Of a DNA stretch of 64,000 nt, positions 51,136-64,000 are shown piece after piece (within the stretch, counting starts at the first letter, position 1; the number at the start of each line of letters is the position of its first letter). Position numbers and translations under genes: made by a program. Location: assembly GCF_009914755.1 (NCBI RefSeq), contig NC_060925.1; one strand, 5' to 3'. This DNA comes from the human T2T-CHM13v2.0 reference genome, Homo sapiens. A model generated the notes under the pieces. It was not told the DNA's origin. It ran no database searches and saw nothing but the letters and a program-made list of their open reading frames with translations.

Positions 51136-53064
51136 TCTTGTTGTCATTTTTTCTCTCTCTTCATATATTTATCTTTAATTTTATGTAACTGGGAGAATAC
51201 GTCCTCCCCTTTCCCTTTCCCCAAATTGATATCAGCCCTTGGCAAGGATGTAATTGAGGCTCCCTAAAATCAAACCATCAAAGCCTCTCTTGCGAAAATT
51301 ATTGAGAAATCATTAAAGGGACTATGACCATATTCTTATTCGAACAAACCCCGAAGGGGATCAAGAAAGGAACAGACATCTACCCTTGCCACAATAATCG
51401 GATTTACTGATTCCCAGGGAATAGAGAAGACACACTGCTAATTATGAGGCAATTAAGGAATTATTTCCTTTCTCAATGTGGCTTTAGAATGTACTAGACC
51501 TAAGAAGTAATGTCTGTGTTTGAGCTATGGATACGAATGCATTTTATTTAGCAGGTTCAGTATGTAAAGAAGCCAATGGAAATATTGGATATCGAAAAGA
51601 AAGCCCTATTAGACGGCTCTCACCCATCTTGAAGGATGGGCTGTCAAATGCCAACACCCTTCTCCACAAGAATGATCTTGGGAGGAGGTTCCAACTCCAG
51701 CATTACTGATGCTGATGCAACTTCACGAAGCCTGCAGACATGACTCCAACGGAGTTGTCCTGACTTGGAGAATTGCACAGGGGAAAGGAAGGAATCCAGG
51801 AGACTGGTGGGGAAGGAAGGGATTTTCTGAAAGCGAATAAAGCTGCACTGGTGGGCGTGGGAAGGGTTGATGAAGAATGCAGTTGGAGAGAGGCTGTCTA
51901 ATGGAGGACAGGAGAGAGAAGATAGCCCTCCACTCTTAGGTACTTTTCTCTTTGGTCTCTGGGAAAATCCTCGTTATTACCCAGCTACCACATTCTCTTC
52001 CTGCATTGTAATTCCTCTTTCAAGTTGCACTGCCCTTCATTAAAGCAAGTAAATATGGCAGCCCAGTGTTGGGCAATGGTCTTAAAGAGAATAAAAAGAG
52101 GCTGTGGTGAAGGGGCAGAGAACCTGCCTCATCCCCCACCTCTTCATTGGGACCCATGGAAATACTTCCCAGCAGAGACAAATTGAAACACGTGGCAGCC
52201 CTTAAAATGCATCACATGCCCTTGTAATAGTTTGCTTATAGAGTTTCTTACGGATAATAATGACAGCAAATATTTATTTTCTTGAGGTAGGATATTACAA
52301 GCTCCAGGTGGTGACCAGCATTATGGTATGTGATTCCCTGTAGAGCTTAGAAGAACATTTGAAATGGTGAGCCAGCTCCCAAGTGAACAATTCAAGAGAG
52401 GCATAAGACTGAGTCTTCTACTTCCCTGTTTACATTCGATGAAACCCACCTCTGAAGGGGCACTGGGGAGAGGTGAACAACTATGTGACATTTCAAAGTG
52501 TATTCAACTAGTCAGCTAGATAGAGAGCCCTACTATGTGCCAGGCATCTTCTATTACATGTTTTTTTATAAGTCACTGAAATCTTTTCTAAAAGAAGGTA
52601 AAGTATGGAAATAGAAAGAAGAAAAAGCACTCAATAAATCTTAGTTGAATAAATGAATTGCAAGAGCCAGATGGCGTGAGCCTTAAATGAGCAGGGATTT
52701 TTCCATGAGGCTGAAGGAATAATGATCTGGGAGTGGCTTTTGAGAGTGAGAAAGATGCTGCTCTGCCTCACTACTCTGTGGTTGTGGAATGGTGGCCTCC
52801 CCTGGAGGCAGCTGCTGTGTCCTCAGTTAGGCAGGAATTGCAGGGAGGAAGTCTGAAGGGGCTGAGAGTTTAAGAGGTTGAGGAAGGAGCAGTGGGGAGC
52901 TGGATGGGGGAGGGCAACTGCAGAAGAAGGTGGATGGATGTTGAAACAGGCTTTCATTCAGACAGTCGGGGATTACCAGGGTATGGGGCCTGGTGGGATT
53001 AGCTTTTAAATAGTTCTCCAAACTGGTGCTATTAGAGGCTTGATTATGCTAATTCTAATAATCA

Positions 53065-53270
53065 TCAAATAGCTTCTATTTTCAAGAACCTACAATGTGC
53101 CAGGCTCTGACGAAGCTCTTTACAAACACAATTTCATGTCCTTCCTATAATGCTGCAAAGTCAGTATTATCCCCTTTTTACAGAAGAGGAAACTGAGACT
53201 TAGAGAAGTCCAAGACCACACAGCTAATAAGTGCCATGGGTCTTACTCAGAGCCAGGGCCATATTTTCCC
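53065..53270. mobile_element. MIR
   Basis: MIR core TTATCCCCTTTTTACAGAAGAGGAAACTGAGACTTAGAGA. Confidence 0.8.
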
Positions 53271-53974
53271 AAATGCAAGGCCGCCCTCTCGCAGCCTAGT
53301 CTGCCCTCACTGAGGCCAGTTTAGCCTGAGGCATTGGGTGGTGTTGGTGGCATGTGTGTGGGGAGGTGTCCATGACATGCGCCTATGCAGCTTCAAGCGC
53401 CTTGCCAGAAGCTCCCCTATACTTCTGAATCCCACTGCCCATATGCCTGGATCCCCATGGGCTCCATCCCACTTTGCACAAAGAGCTGGGGACCCAGAGA
53501 GATACACAGCCTCGGGGTGATGTCTGCTGCCTCAGAGAGGAGTTGACCCTCTATGGCCCCTTCACAAGCACAACTGTGCGGGCCACATTCTGGCCAGCGC
53601 GGTGCAGCTAGCCCCCTATACATACATCTGGCGTTACCTGCCTCTCACCCAGCTGAGCGCTCAGTGCATGTGCCTAATTCACCAATGCATTCATTCAAAA
53701 AAGATGGATTGAGCACCTCCTATATACCAAGCACTGTCCTAGTGCTAGAGATCTGGCAGGAATAAAGTAATGTAGATTCCTGCCCTGCTAGACCTTAGAG
53801 TCTAGCAGCAGAAACAGTTGTTAAACAAAAATGAAATCAAACTACAGATTGTGCTAAATTATGTGAAGGAAATAAAGAGAGTGCCGTCGCAGTGATGGAA
53901 AACTATTTTAGATAGGGTGGTCAGCTGGTCAGCAAAGGCTTATCTGAGAGGGTGACATTTCAGTGGAGACACGA

Positions 53975-54461
53975 TAGACCCCTCAGATCCCCTTCCACCA
54001 TTTTTGGTGAGGGGGTGAGAGGCAGACGCAGCCCCACCTTCAGCGTGCCTTGCCTTCCAGCAGCTAGCACCAGTTCTTTTATGGAGGACGGTCCTCGACT
54101 TCCTGGAGCCACTCTGTCTGCATGCAAGCTAGAAAGTCCCCGAAGAGGGTGTACTCATCACCCGCCATTCTCAGCCCCACTGGTAGCCCTCAACAGATGA
54201 CTAAGGAGGCTAGGAGGTATGAAGGCTCACGCCCTTGGCAGGGGTGGGGACAACACTGAGGCATACATTTCCACTCATGGGTCCCCCTGAGGTCAGGCTG
54301 AAGCTACTCTTCCAAGAACATGGCCTGAAATCCCCCCTTGCTTGGCTTCTTCCCCTTCTCTGTTCGGCTTCCCCTTCTGCTTTGCCAGTTTCCCCCAGGA
54401 ACCCTTGCTTAATAAATCACTTCATCTCAGGGTCTTCTTCTGGGAAACCTGACCTAACACA
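53975..54461 (+). mobile_element. ERVL LTR (LTR16-like)
   Basis: Ends CTTAATAAATCACTT...CTCAGGGTCTTCTTCTGGGAAACCTGACCTAACACA. Confidence 0.65.
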
Positions 54462-56347
54462 GACATGAAAAATGAAAAGGAGACAGCCACGCAAATATCT
54501 GGGAAAAGAGCTCCAGGTGCCATAGGAGGAGCGGCGTCAGAAGGGTGAGCCTAATAGAGGAAATGAGTGAAAGAGTAACTCTCCCCTGCTTTTCTTCTTT
54601 CCTTCCTAGTGACTGTTCGTTTTTTCTCCTTTGTGGGCTCTTCTGCCTTTCCTTGGTCTCCAGATATTGAGGATAACAATAGCTAACATTTACTGGGTAG
54701 TGACTGGGTGCCAGACATTACTCTAGACACCTTATATGGATTTAACATATAGCTATTGAGTGAATGACATGGATGACAGGCATCAATCCATTAAATGTGT
54801 AACAAGAAGTATAAAGGAATGCTCTGGCAGACAGCAACAGGGCCCTGTACTTATTCAGACTAAGGGTCAGGGAAGGCTGCCCCAAGGCAGTGATGCTTGA
54901 ACCAAAAGTGAAGAATGAGTTACCATGTGAAGGAGGTGGGGTGGAAAGTCTTCTAGAAAGAATGGGGAGAGGGAAGGGGGAAATGCAGTATGTTTGAGGA
55001 ATTGAAAGGAAGCTGGCGCCACCGCAGAGGACTGAACCAGAAGCGTTGTGTTGGATGAGGTGGGGAGGTAGGCAAAGGGAGGGCATTTCATCCATGTGGA
55101 GGAGCTGGCTCCTAATCCAGCCCCATGTAAGCCATTCGAAGGTTTTCGTGGCGGAGTGACATAACCCCATTTGCGGCTGCAGCGCAGAGATAAGATGGGG
55201 GAGGGGCAGAGCAGATGTAGAGAGATCAGTGAGGAGGCGCTGCAGAGGTCCAGATAAGAGTTAATGGTGGCTTGGACCAGTGAGGCATCAGCAGAGTTGA
55301 AGAGAAAGGTACAGATTAGAGAGGTGCTCTGGAGGTAAAATGAACAGGATTCTGGCTTGCCTATAGATGGACAGTGGGGCCACTGACTCAGACAGAGAAC
55401 TCGAGAAAGGAATCAGGGAGTGAAGATCTGGTGGGAGATCTTGGGCATGCTGGGGCTGAGGTGCCCTTGGGACACAGGTGGAGATGTTGACTAGGCAGCT
55501 GGCTGGGCTCCTCCCCATCAAGGGCTTACACAAGAGGTTCCCTGGGTAAGAGTCATAAAGGTGTGAATCATCGGCAGATGGACAGTACTCAATGCTGTAG
55601 GCATGGATGAGATCACCAGGGACAGAGTCCACAGTAAGAAGGGGAAAGGCCAAGGCATGGGCGTCGAGGGACAGGAGCACTTGATGGATTGAGTGGAGGA
55701 GGATGACCCCGCCAAGGAGACTGAGAAGAAGACCAAGGAGTTAAGAGGCAAACCAGGAGAGTATGGTGTCAAGGGAGCCAAAGAAGTTAGGGTTTGAAGA
55801 ATGCAGTAATCAAGAGGTCTAAGAAAATGAATACCGAAAAAAAAACTGGCCTTCAAATTTTAAGACATGGAGATCATAGCACAGACATTGTGTTTTGGGG
55901 AGATGTTGGGGGCAGAGATAGTAAAAGCCAGATTTGACCAAATGTTGGATGAAGTGAGTAGGAATGCCATAATGGCAAACAGAACACTCTTGTGGAAGAA
56001 GAGGCTGGGGCCGGGCATGGTGGCTCACGCCTATAATCCCAGCAACTTTGGGAGGCCAAGGCGGACAGATCACTTGAGGCCAGGAGTTCAAGGCCAGCCT
56101 GGCCAACATGGCGAATCCCCTAAGTCTACTAAAGAAAAAAAAAAAAGGAAAAAAAAATTAGCCAGGCATGGTGCCATGCACCTGTGGTCCCAGCTACTCG
56201 GGAGGCTGAGGCACAAGAATCACCTGAACTCAGGAGGTGGAGGTTGCAGTGAGCCGAGATCGCATCACCCTGGGTGCCAAAGCGAGACTCTGTCAAAAAA
56301 AAAAAAAAAAAAAAAAAGGAAGAAAGAAAGAAAGAAGAGAGGCCAGG

Positions 56348-56612
56348 AACTCAGGAATGGAAAACCAAATACCGTACATCCTCACTTAGAAGCAGGAGCT
56401 AAGCTGTGAGTACGCAAAGGCATACAGGTTGGTATAATGGACTTTAGAGGCTCAGAAGTGGGAGGATGGCGGTGGTAAGGGATACATATTGGGTACAATG
56501 TTCGATATTCAGATGACGGATGCACCAAAATCTCAGAATTCACCACTCTATAATTCGTCCATTAAAAATCACTTGTACTCCAAAAGCTATTGAAATTTTT
56601 TAAATGTGAAAG
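56348..56612 (+). mobile_element. L1PB-type 3' end fragment
   Basis: AACTCAGGAATGGAAAACCAAATACCGT...GAGCTAAGCTGTGAGTACGCAAAGGCATAC; ends TACTCCAAAAGCTATTGAAATT. Confidence 0.8.
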
Positions 56613-58525
56613 AAAGAAAAGGCCAGGTGCTGTGGTTCACATGTGTAATCCCAGCACTTTGGGAGGCCAAGGTGGAAGCATCATTAGAAGCCAGGAGCTC
56701 GAGACCAGCCTGGGCAATATAGTGAGACCCCACCTCTACAAAAAATAAAATAAATAAATAAAGTTGATGGAGAAATGGAGGAGAAAGTAAGCATGCAGGG
56801 AGTAGGTTTATGGATGGCTCCAGTTGAAGGTTGGGGGTGGTGCTCAGGGAAGGAGGGGACAATGGATAGGTGAGGGGCCTGAGAAGCAGGAGTGGGTAGG
56901 GAATCTAGGATTGGCAGAGACACTGGCCTGAGAGAGGAGGAGGGTGCTTCCTGTAAGGCAGCAGGAGAGAGGGCAGATGTGGGGAGGTGTGTGAATGTGC
57001 TAGTGGAGAGCCAGGAAAATTCTGTGGTGGCTTTAATCCTCTCTATAAAGATGTGGCAAGGTCCCATCTGACAGCGAGGGGAAAATGGGCTGGCTGAAGG
57101 TGTAAAGAGAATGGGGAGGGCTGGAATAGCCGTTACAGAGAGTGCGGTTCCAAGCCGACTGGAGAACTGCGCAGAGGGCCCCTATGTAGTCCCTGCTTTA
57201 AGGGAACATCTGTCTGACCTGTGGAGTCATGTGGTTGCTTGAGCACCGCCCTGTGACGGCAGACAGGAGGGCTCACTTGGAGCTGGCTTTTTGCCAGACA
57301 GATATGATAAAAAGGCAGAGAGGCCAAGAGGCTTGGGTTATTGACAAGAGTGTTATTAAAATGCTGGACCTTGGCATCTAAGTTGGACCAGGAGAAAAGT
57401 GAAAAGGAGAGAGCTGAGGAGAGCTCTCTAGGAGAACACGAGGTCAACAGCAGAGAGATCTGATGAGACGGAGCAGTGATCGCGAGGTAGAGGGAGCAAG
57501 GTGGGAGCAGGAGAGGAGCAGTTTTGGGAGAGGACAGGACCCAGCGTGGGATGCTTAGAAAGAGTAGGCTGGGCAGCCTTCAAGGGTCGGCCATTGTGAT
57601 GAGAGGTCCAGGAGCTGTCTGTCTGCACCGGCACTGAAGTAACCCAGGCTGATGGCAGGAAGTAGCAAAGGCCACTGAGGAGTACACTAAGCTGGAAACA
57701 GAGGCCCAGCCATTAGCTTTGGCAAAATGGAGGGGAAGAGTCATTATATCAAGAGCAACATCAGGCCAGGCGTGGTGGCTCACGCCTGTAATCCCAGCAT
57801 GTTGGGAGGCCGAGGCAGGCAGATTACTTGAGGTCAGGAGTTCAAGACCAACTCCTGGCCAATATGGTGAAACCCCGTCTCTACTAAAAAGACAAAAATT
57901 AGCTGGGCGTGGTGGCGGGCACCTGTAATCCCAGCTACTTGGAAGGGTGAAGCAGAAGAATCGCTTGAACCCAGGAGGTGGAGGTTGCAGTGAGCCGAGA
58001 TGGCGCCACTGCCCTCCAGCCTAGACGACAGAGCAAGACTCAGTCTCAAAAAAAAAAAAAAAAAAAAAAAAAAGAGCAACATCAGTGAAAGCCAGAAAGC
58101 AGGGTTGTGGTGGGTTGGGGAGCGAGCAGGAGATGGAGGAATAGAGGCGTCCTGTAGAAATGGCTTTTGGGTTTGTGGGGAAGGAGAACAGAGAGGCACT
58201 TGAGTCTCTCCCACTCTGGAGAGGCGTGTGGGGCCAAGGGAGGGAATTTTTTTTAGGATGGGAAAGACATGCGCATGGGCAGATGGGAATGCTATAGTGA
58301 AGAGGGTGCAGTGGACGGGGAATAGAGAGCAAAGCCTGGAGGCGCCGGAGCACCCTGAGCACAGGGGAGACAGAGCGGAAGGAGGAGAGGTGTGTGGGTT
58401 TGCGGATTTGGTAGTGGGAGATGAGGGAGTCCTCCTGTGGTGGCTTCTGTTTTCTCCGGGAAACATAAGCAGTGTTCATTGAGAAATTAACTCCTGTATC
58501 ATTTCTCCCTGCCCATAGTGACTCA

Positions 58526-58693
<168 letters not shown>

Positions 58694-60432
58694 TTAATTA
58701 AAAAAGCATTAGTCAAGCTTTTGTGTTCTAAGTCCTGGGCCTTTTTTCTCCCACCTCATACCTGAGAAAGTAAATAGGCCGTTTTGTAGTTCTTGTGTCT
58801 GAGCTAAGAGGGAGAATACCACTGTGTCTTGGGGAATTGATGCTTTGGCATGGAAGAGAGGGGCAGGGGAACAGGCATTCTCCATCCCACCCTGACCTGC
58901 CCCCAGAAGAAAGTGGCTGCATGCGATTCGAAAGCCAAGGACTAAGGGCTGCAACTGCGGGGGCCTGTGGGAGAGGTCCTCTTGAAAGAGCTGGGATGGA
59001 GGGAGTAGAGGGTTATCTTCCCAAGGACCAGGTTGGACAAGTGAGGCCCTGCAGATGGGCAAAAAATAGTGGAAGCCCTGTGACTGTGACCACTGATGTC
59101 TGCAACAGCAGCAGCAGCAGCCTGAAAAATCCTTCCACCTTTCTCTGCAAGGCTGTGGAGCACGGACTGACCATCTCTGGGATTGTGCAAACCCCTGGAG
59201 TTCATGGATGATCGGAGGGAGCTGAAGGGCAGCCATGAGTGATAGGGAAATCTTGCTGATCTGATGGGTAGAGACTCAAGCTGAATTTAATTTGGTTTAG
59301 ACCAACTAAGGGATGACCAAAAGGTGTATTTACGTCATGAGTTGCAGAGAGTGTCCAGTTGGCCCAGGACCTGGACAAAGGGTGAGCAGTGAGTGGGAGC
59401 TGACATCTGGCTCTCTCCTCACCCTGCACCCTGGGGCTGGAACACAGCAGACACACAATGACCACATGGTGCCACTCGGCCTTCACAGATGAGCACAAGG
59501 ACATCCCTCCCCGCCAGGCCCAGGAGCAGGGCAGCAGGGCAGCCCCACGTGGACCCCGTGCTCACAGTTTGGCAAACTGGACAGAGCCTTGGCTCTTCTC
59601 CTTCAGCAGCTATCACGCTCTCCCAGGCCCGGCCACCTGAGCTTCTCATCCATGTGGCTTTGGCACCTAGGCCTCTAGTTTCATTACCTTGGGTTTGTAT
59701 CTAGTTCCAGATGGCGTACATGCAGAGATCTGGGCAGGCTGCTTACAGGCATTCTCTTGCCCTGCCTCGACAAACACTTTGCCACATGTGGGTGAATGAG
59801 AGGGCAGACGCCAATGGGTTAGGATTCTGAGACCCCTGTGTCCCTGTGGGGTTTGGAGCAAGAGACTGGTTGGCACAGCAGTGAGCACATCTGCTAACTT
59901 CAACCACAGGAAGCCAGGGGTCCCAGCTCACCTACCTTCCAGTACTGTGCTCAGTAGCCTTGACAATGCGGGGCAGAGGGAACAGGGCTGCCAGAGCTTC
60001 AGGACTACCAAGGCCCAGGCTAGCAGGCACACAGGCTAGCGAACACCACGAGCCCCTCTTCTAGTGCATGCCAGGGCTACAGAAGACTGGGGCTGGATGA
60101 GCTCTAAGACTTGGTCAGGGAGCTGTTCCCTCACTTAGTCATTTATGTCTGATGGTTCCTTGAGCACAGATAGGAAAGTCAATCTTCATTCTTTAACAAA
60201 TATGTATCAAGTATCTATTGTGTGTGAGGACCCTGTGCTGGCCACTGGGATATGACAGGGAACAAGGTGGACTCATTTCTCCTGCCTGCAAGGAACTGCT
60301 GTCCACAGGTCAGGGAGATAGGCACAGATACAAACAGTGGTGACAGCCAGGATGGCTTCCTGGAGGAAACAATGGTTCCAAACAGGTACAGTTGGCTCTG
60401 AGGTGCCAAAACACACTAAAGGTAGAGCAAGT

Positions 60433-60765
<333 letters not shown>

Positions 60766-63119
60766 TAACTGCATGCAAGAGAAGTTAGGACCAGTTTGGC
60801 TTTGTGCGTGTGTGGACTGAAACCCAAAAGCCAGAAACTCTCTGCATGTGTCCCTCATGGAGCCATATGGTCTCTAGTCTCTGTTTTTCAAAATTTGCAG
60901 GACTGATGACTGATTGGACAGTGGTGCAGGAGGGAAGGTCTCTGCATGTCAGTGATTAAATTGCTGAAGATGCCACTGCCTGAGACGGGCAGTATTGAAG
61001 GTAAGCAGATCTGGGGTGGGCGGGACAGAGGAGGCTCTTAGTTATATGGATCTGGAGCTCACAGGAGCGGCCCAGACTGGAGATAGAGACTTGGAAGTCA
61101 TCAGCATATGGTTGGTAGTGGTCAAGATGATCCAGAGAAAAGGGGCAGAGCAGGAGAAAAGAGGAGGCCTAGGACAGAGTCCCGGAAGAGCAGAAGACGA
61201 GGTGGTAAAGGAATCAGAGACAGTAGCCAGTGAGGAGAGGGTGGGCCAATGAAGCCAAGGAAAAGAACTGTTTTAATAACTCAGCAATGGGCAGGAATAA
61301 TTGGCTGAAAAGTATACTTTTAAAATTTGGGGGCCGAGAGGGAATCTCTAAATCCTCAAAGTTCTGGAAAAAAAGGCAAAAATGCTTAAAGATGCATAAA
61401 ATTTGCAATACCTCCCCCGTGGTGCACCAAAATTACCAATGGTGAAAAACCACTCACTGGAAATATTCATTTTTGATCCGTTTGTCATCCAAACCAAATT
61501 GTCCAGAATCACTGGAGCCAGTCCCATCCCCTCCTCATACGCCAGGGGGCGCACACGCACTGTTTGTGAATTCAAGTTCAGGACAAAAACAGGCAGTGAA
61601 TCAGGTGGTTACCAGAACCTGATTCCTCAGCCCAGATCCCTGAACACCACAGCAACCATGCCCTGCACATTACCACGTGATCCCTGAATCCAGGCACCTC
61701 AACGATCTCCAAATTTTATTTCTCACCTGACTCCAAACTTACAGGGTTATCAGAAAGACCCCACAGAAGAAACCCCACAGAGGAGAAACCTCATCTCTTT
61801 TTCTGCTCAGTTACCTGACCCAGGGCAGTGGGGGTAGGTCCCCCATCCTTCATGGTGAAGCCTAGCAAGCGGCGGGGGGAGGAGGGGTGGGGTAGATAGG
61901 AAAGAGCTGGTGTGGCTTTGGCTGACTCTTAAGTGGTTTTAACACGGATTGCGTGGGGGCGGGGTCTGGAGGCAGGGGCGCTTGGATTGAAGCTCATCAA
62001 ATCCCTCTGATCAGTAGGTCTTGGAATAAATCTTCAGGTAGGTTATTGGTTTCACCCAGAAATTTCTAGGGTCATTATTTGAGTTTGGTATGAGAAGTCA
62101 GAAACTCAGTACTGACATTTAAATTACATTTAGAGGGCATTATCATGTCTTTAATTCCGAGGCCAATGTAAGGTTCACAGCTGGAATTGGTATAATATTG
62201 GGGTATTAGTCAGTCTCTGCTTGGGGTTGACACTAGGTCAGAGAAGTGGAGGGTGAACATGAGGATGAAGGGGCTTTGTGTGGAGTTTCTGCAAAGCCAG
62301 TCTTATCTTGGGTTCCAAGATTATTATTAAAGCTGGGTTGGTTTAGGGTCCTAAATGGTCTCAAGTTTGGGTGGGGTTTCAGGTCAGTATCTGTGTTTGG
62401 GGGTCCTTTTATGGTGACCCAATCCCAACTCTGGAATTGAGAATCGAATTCAGAGTGCATTGGTGTTGATCTGGGAATGGGAGAGCAGTACTGGAGTTTT
62501 ATGTAAGGCTTGGGGTTCAGAAGAGAGATAACTGGGGTCCATAGCAAGGTAGCTTTTGGACTTTAGGGTTCATTTAGGGACTGGGGGCTGAGCATTAGTA
62601 CAGGGTTCCATTTAAGGTCCAGCGTTGGTGCTAGCGTCACTATCAAGGTTAGGGCAAGTAGAAGTAATAAAGAGATTTAGAGTCAGAATTGGTATTTGGG
62701 ATCAGTATAGAGGTTCACAACAAAATTACTACTTGTGCTAATTTGGGGGCAGATTAAGGGCTTTGGACTCAATATTGGGTTTAGGGCAAGGTGTGGGCTC
62801 AGTATCAGGTTCAGATCTGTATGGGGAGGAAATGGGGTCCTAGAGTGGTATTAGGTTCATGCTAGGGCTGGGAGCCACTAGAAGGATCTGGATGTAGTAT
62901 CAGAGTTTGGTCTGTCTATGTTCATTATTGGGGTTCGGGTTCAATATTGAGGTTCCGGTCGGTTTCGACTTGGCGTTGGGTTGTGGCCTGTCTGGGCCTC
63001 AGCGGCTCCGCGGCTCTACGAGCGAGAGTGCACGAGGGGAGGGGCGCCGCCGGGGGCGCGCACGGCAGGGGCAGGGGCGCGGGCGCGAGCGCGAGGGGAG
63101 CGCGCGGCTGGAGCTGGCG

Positions 63120-63334
63120 CGGGAGCGGCGGGAGCGGTGGCGGCGGCAGAGGCGGCGGCTCCAGCTTCGGCTCCGGCTCGGGCTCGGGCTCCGGCTCCGG
63201 CTCCGGCTCCGGCTCCAGCTCGGGTGGCGGTGGCGGGAGCGGGACCAGGTGGAGGCGGCGGCGGCAGAGGAGTGGGAGCAGCGGCCCTAGCGGCTTGCGG
63301 GGGGACATGCGGACCGACGGCCCCTGGATAGGCG
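63120..63334 (+). other. PTPRF: Non-coding first exon (5' UTR) of receptor tyrosine phosphatase PTPRF/LAR
   Basis: Matches my recollection of the PTPRF mRNA start (CGGGAGCGGCGGGAGCGGTGG...GGCCCCTGGATAGGCG); followed by a consensus donor GCG|GTGAGT at 63335-63340. Gene identity and TSS are from memory, not a search. Confidence 0.82.
63157..63222 (+). repeat. (GGCTCC/GGCTCG)n hexamer repeat, 11 units, in the 5' UTR
   Basis: Counted directly: 7 GGCTCC, 2 GGCTCG, AGCTTC, AGCTCG. Confidence 0.95.
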
Positions 63335-64000
63335 GTGAGTGACCCCCCGGCCCCCCACCAGCCCCCTCCGCTCCCGTCCCTTCCCCGCTCTCCTTGCCCT
63401 CCCCGCTAGTCCACCCGGCGGAGCTGGGGGCGGTCCCGGGGGGGACGAGGGCGCCGCTGAGGCCGGGCCGCGCCCCCACCTGCCGCGCCCGCAGCCTCGG
63501 CGAAGCCCCCCCTCCACGCCCCAGCCTGGCGGCTCCTCCCCGCTCACCCCGCGGCAGACGCGCCCCCAGCGCTGCTGGCTGGCTCGCTCCCCGCCGCCCC
63601 TCGCCGCCTCCCTCCCTCTCCACCGCACCTTAGCCGCAGCCCGCCCCCCCCACCCAGCGCAAAGTTTCCCGTTTGCGTTCTTGCTCCCCCTCATCGGTCC
63701 CGCCTCGTCCCCCCTTCTAGCGCGGACGCGCTCCGGGGGCGGCCCTCAGACCCCCCAGCCCCGGGCTCCGGGCGGGTCCAGGCCGCGCCCCCGCCCCCGC
63801 CGCACAGGCGCCCCCTCCCAGCCGGCGGGGGATCCGCAGCCGGCGCGCCCGGGTCTCGCTCGCGGCCCCGGCGCACGTGCGGTCCCGGGCTGCGCCGGGC
63901 GCGAGTTTGAAGCCCCCCCACCCCCTTCGTTCGCGAGCACGGGATGGGGAGGGGCCGAACGGGCTGTACCCGCCCCCAACCGGGTGCAACGCCCTGGAGG

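Larger units (their letters stand above)
53680..58480 (-). mobile_element. Extended degraded L2 sequence interrupted by an LTR, MIR, Alus (~56008-56330, 56621-56762, 57764-58073) and L1PB
   Basis: L2 3' end CATTCATTCAAAA...TGAGCACCTCCTATATACCAAGCACTGTCCTAG; purine-rich antisense L2 body. Confidence 0.65.
62950..64000. promoter_or_regulatory. PTPRF: CpG island promoter (probable PTPRF promoter and start of intron 1)
   Basis: Abrupt rise in GC and CpG density; GC-box-like elements and G-runs; no TATA box seen. Confidence 0.9.

Noticed and set aside
58709-59236. 175-aa ORF with a Cys run
   Set aside because: The Cys run is a short (CTG)n/(CAG)5 repeat; no homology recognised.
62907-63989. Gly/Pro/Arg-rich ORFs up to 232 aa on both strands
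   Set aside because: Expected from stop-codon scarcity in a CpG island; mostly non-ATG starts; several cross the exon 1 splice donor.

Overview
Hominoid (most likely human) genomic DNA that is almost entirely intergenic and rich in repeats. It ends in a CpG island holding a non-coding first exon (~63120-63334, + strand), which I recognise from memory as the 5' end of PTPRF (LAR). If that is right, the window is the upstream interval on 1p34.2. I find no supportable protein-coding sequence: the long ORFs come from MER52, SVA, Alu, L1 or GC-rich low-complexity DNA. Contents: a decayed ERVL provirus split by a MER52 solo LTR and MER5 elements, old fragmented L1M/L2/MIR, THE1 and LTR3 solo LTRs, about 40 Alu/FLAM copies and one full-length SVA with a perfect 18-bp TSD. 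The most unusual signals are local copy-and-paste scars: (i) a ~600-bp inverted duplication whose core is nearly identical while its edges are diverged (gene-conversion signature, possible inversion substrate); (ii) a two-piece templated insertion inside an Alu; (iii) ~700 bp of foreign DNA with an older AluJ enclosed within the TSDs of an AluS; (iv) an inverted L1 fragment apparently copied from 2 kb away; (v) an old direct duplication. A degenerate TTAGGG/GGGTCA-like hexamer tract lies just upstream of the promoter. I see no evidence of a new gene system. Repeat subfamily names come from recall of consensus sequences, not from a search, and most repeat boundaries are approximate.
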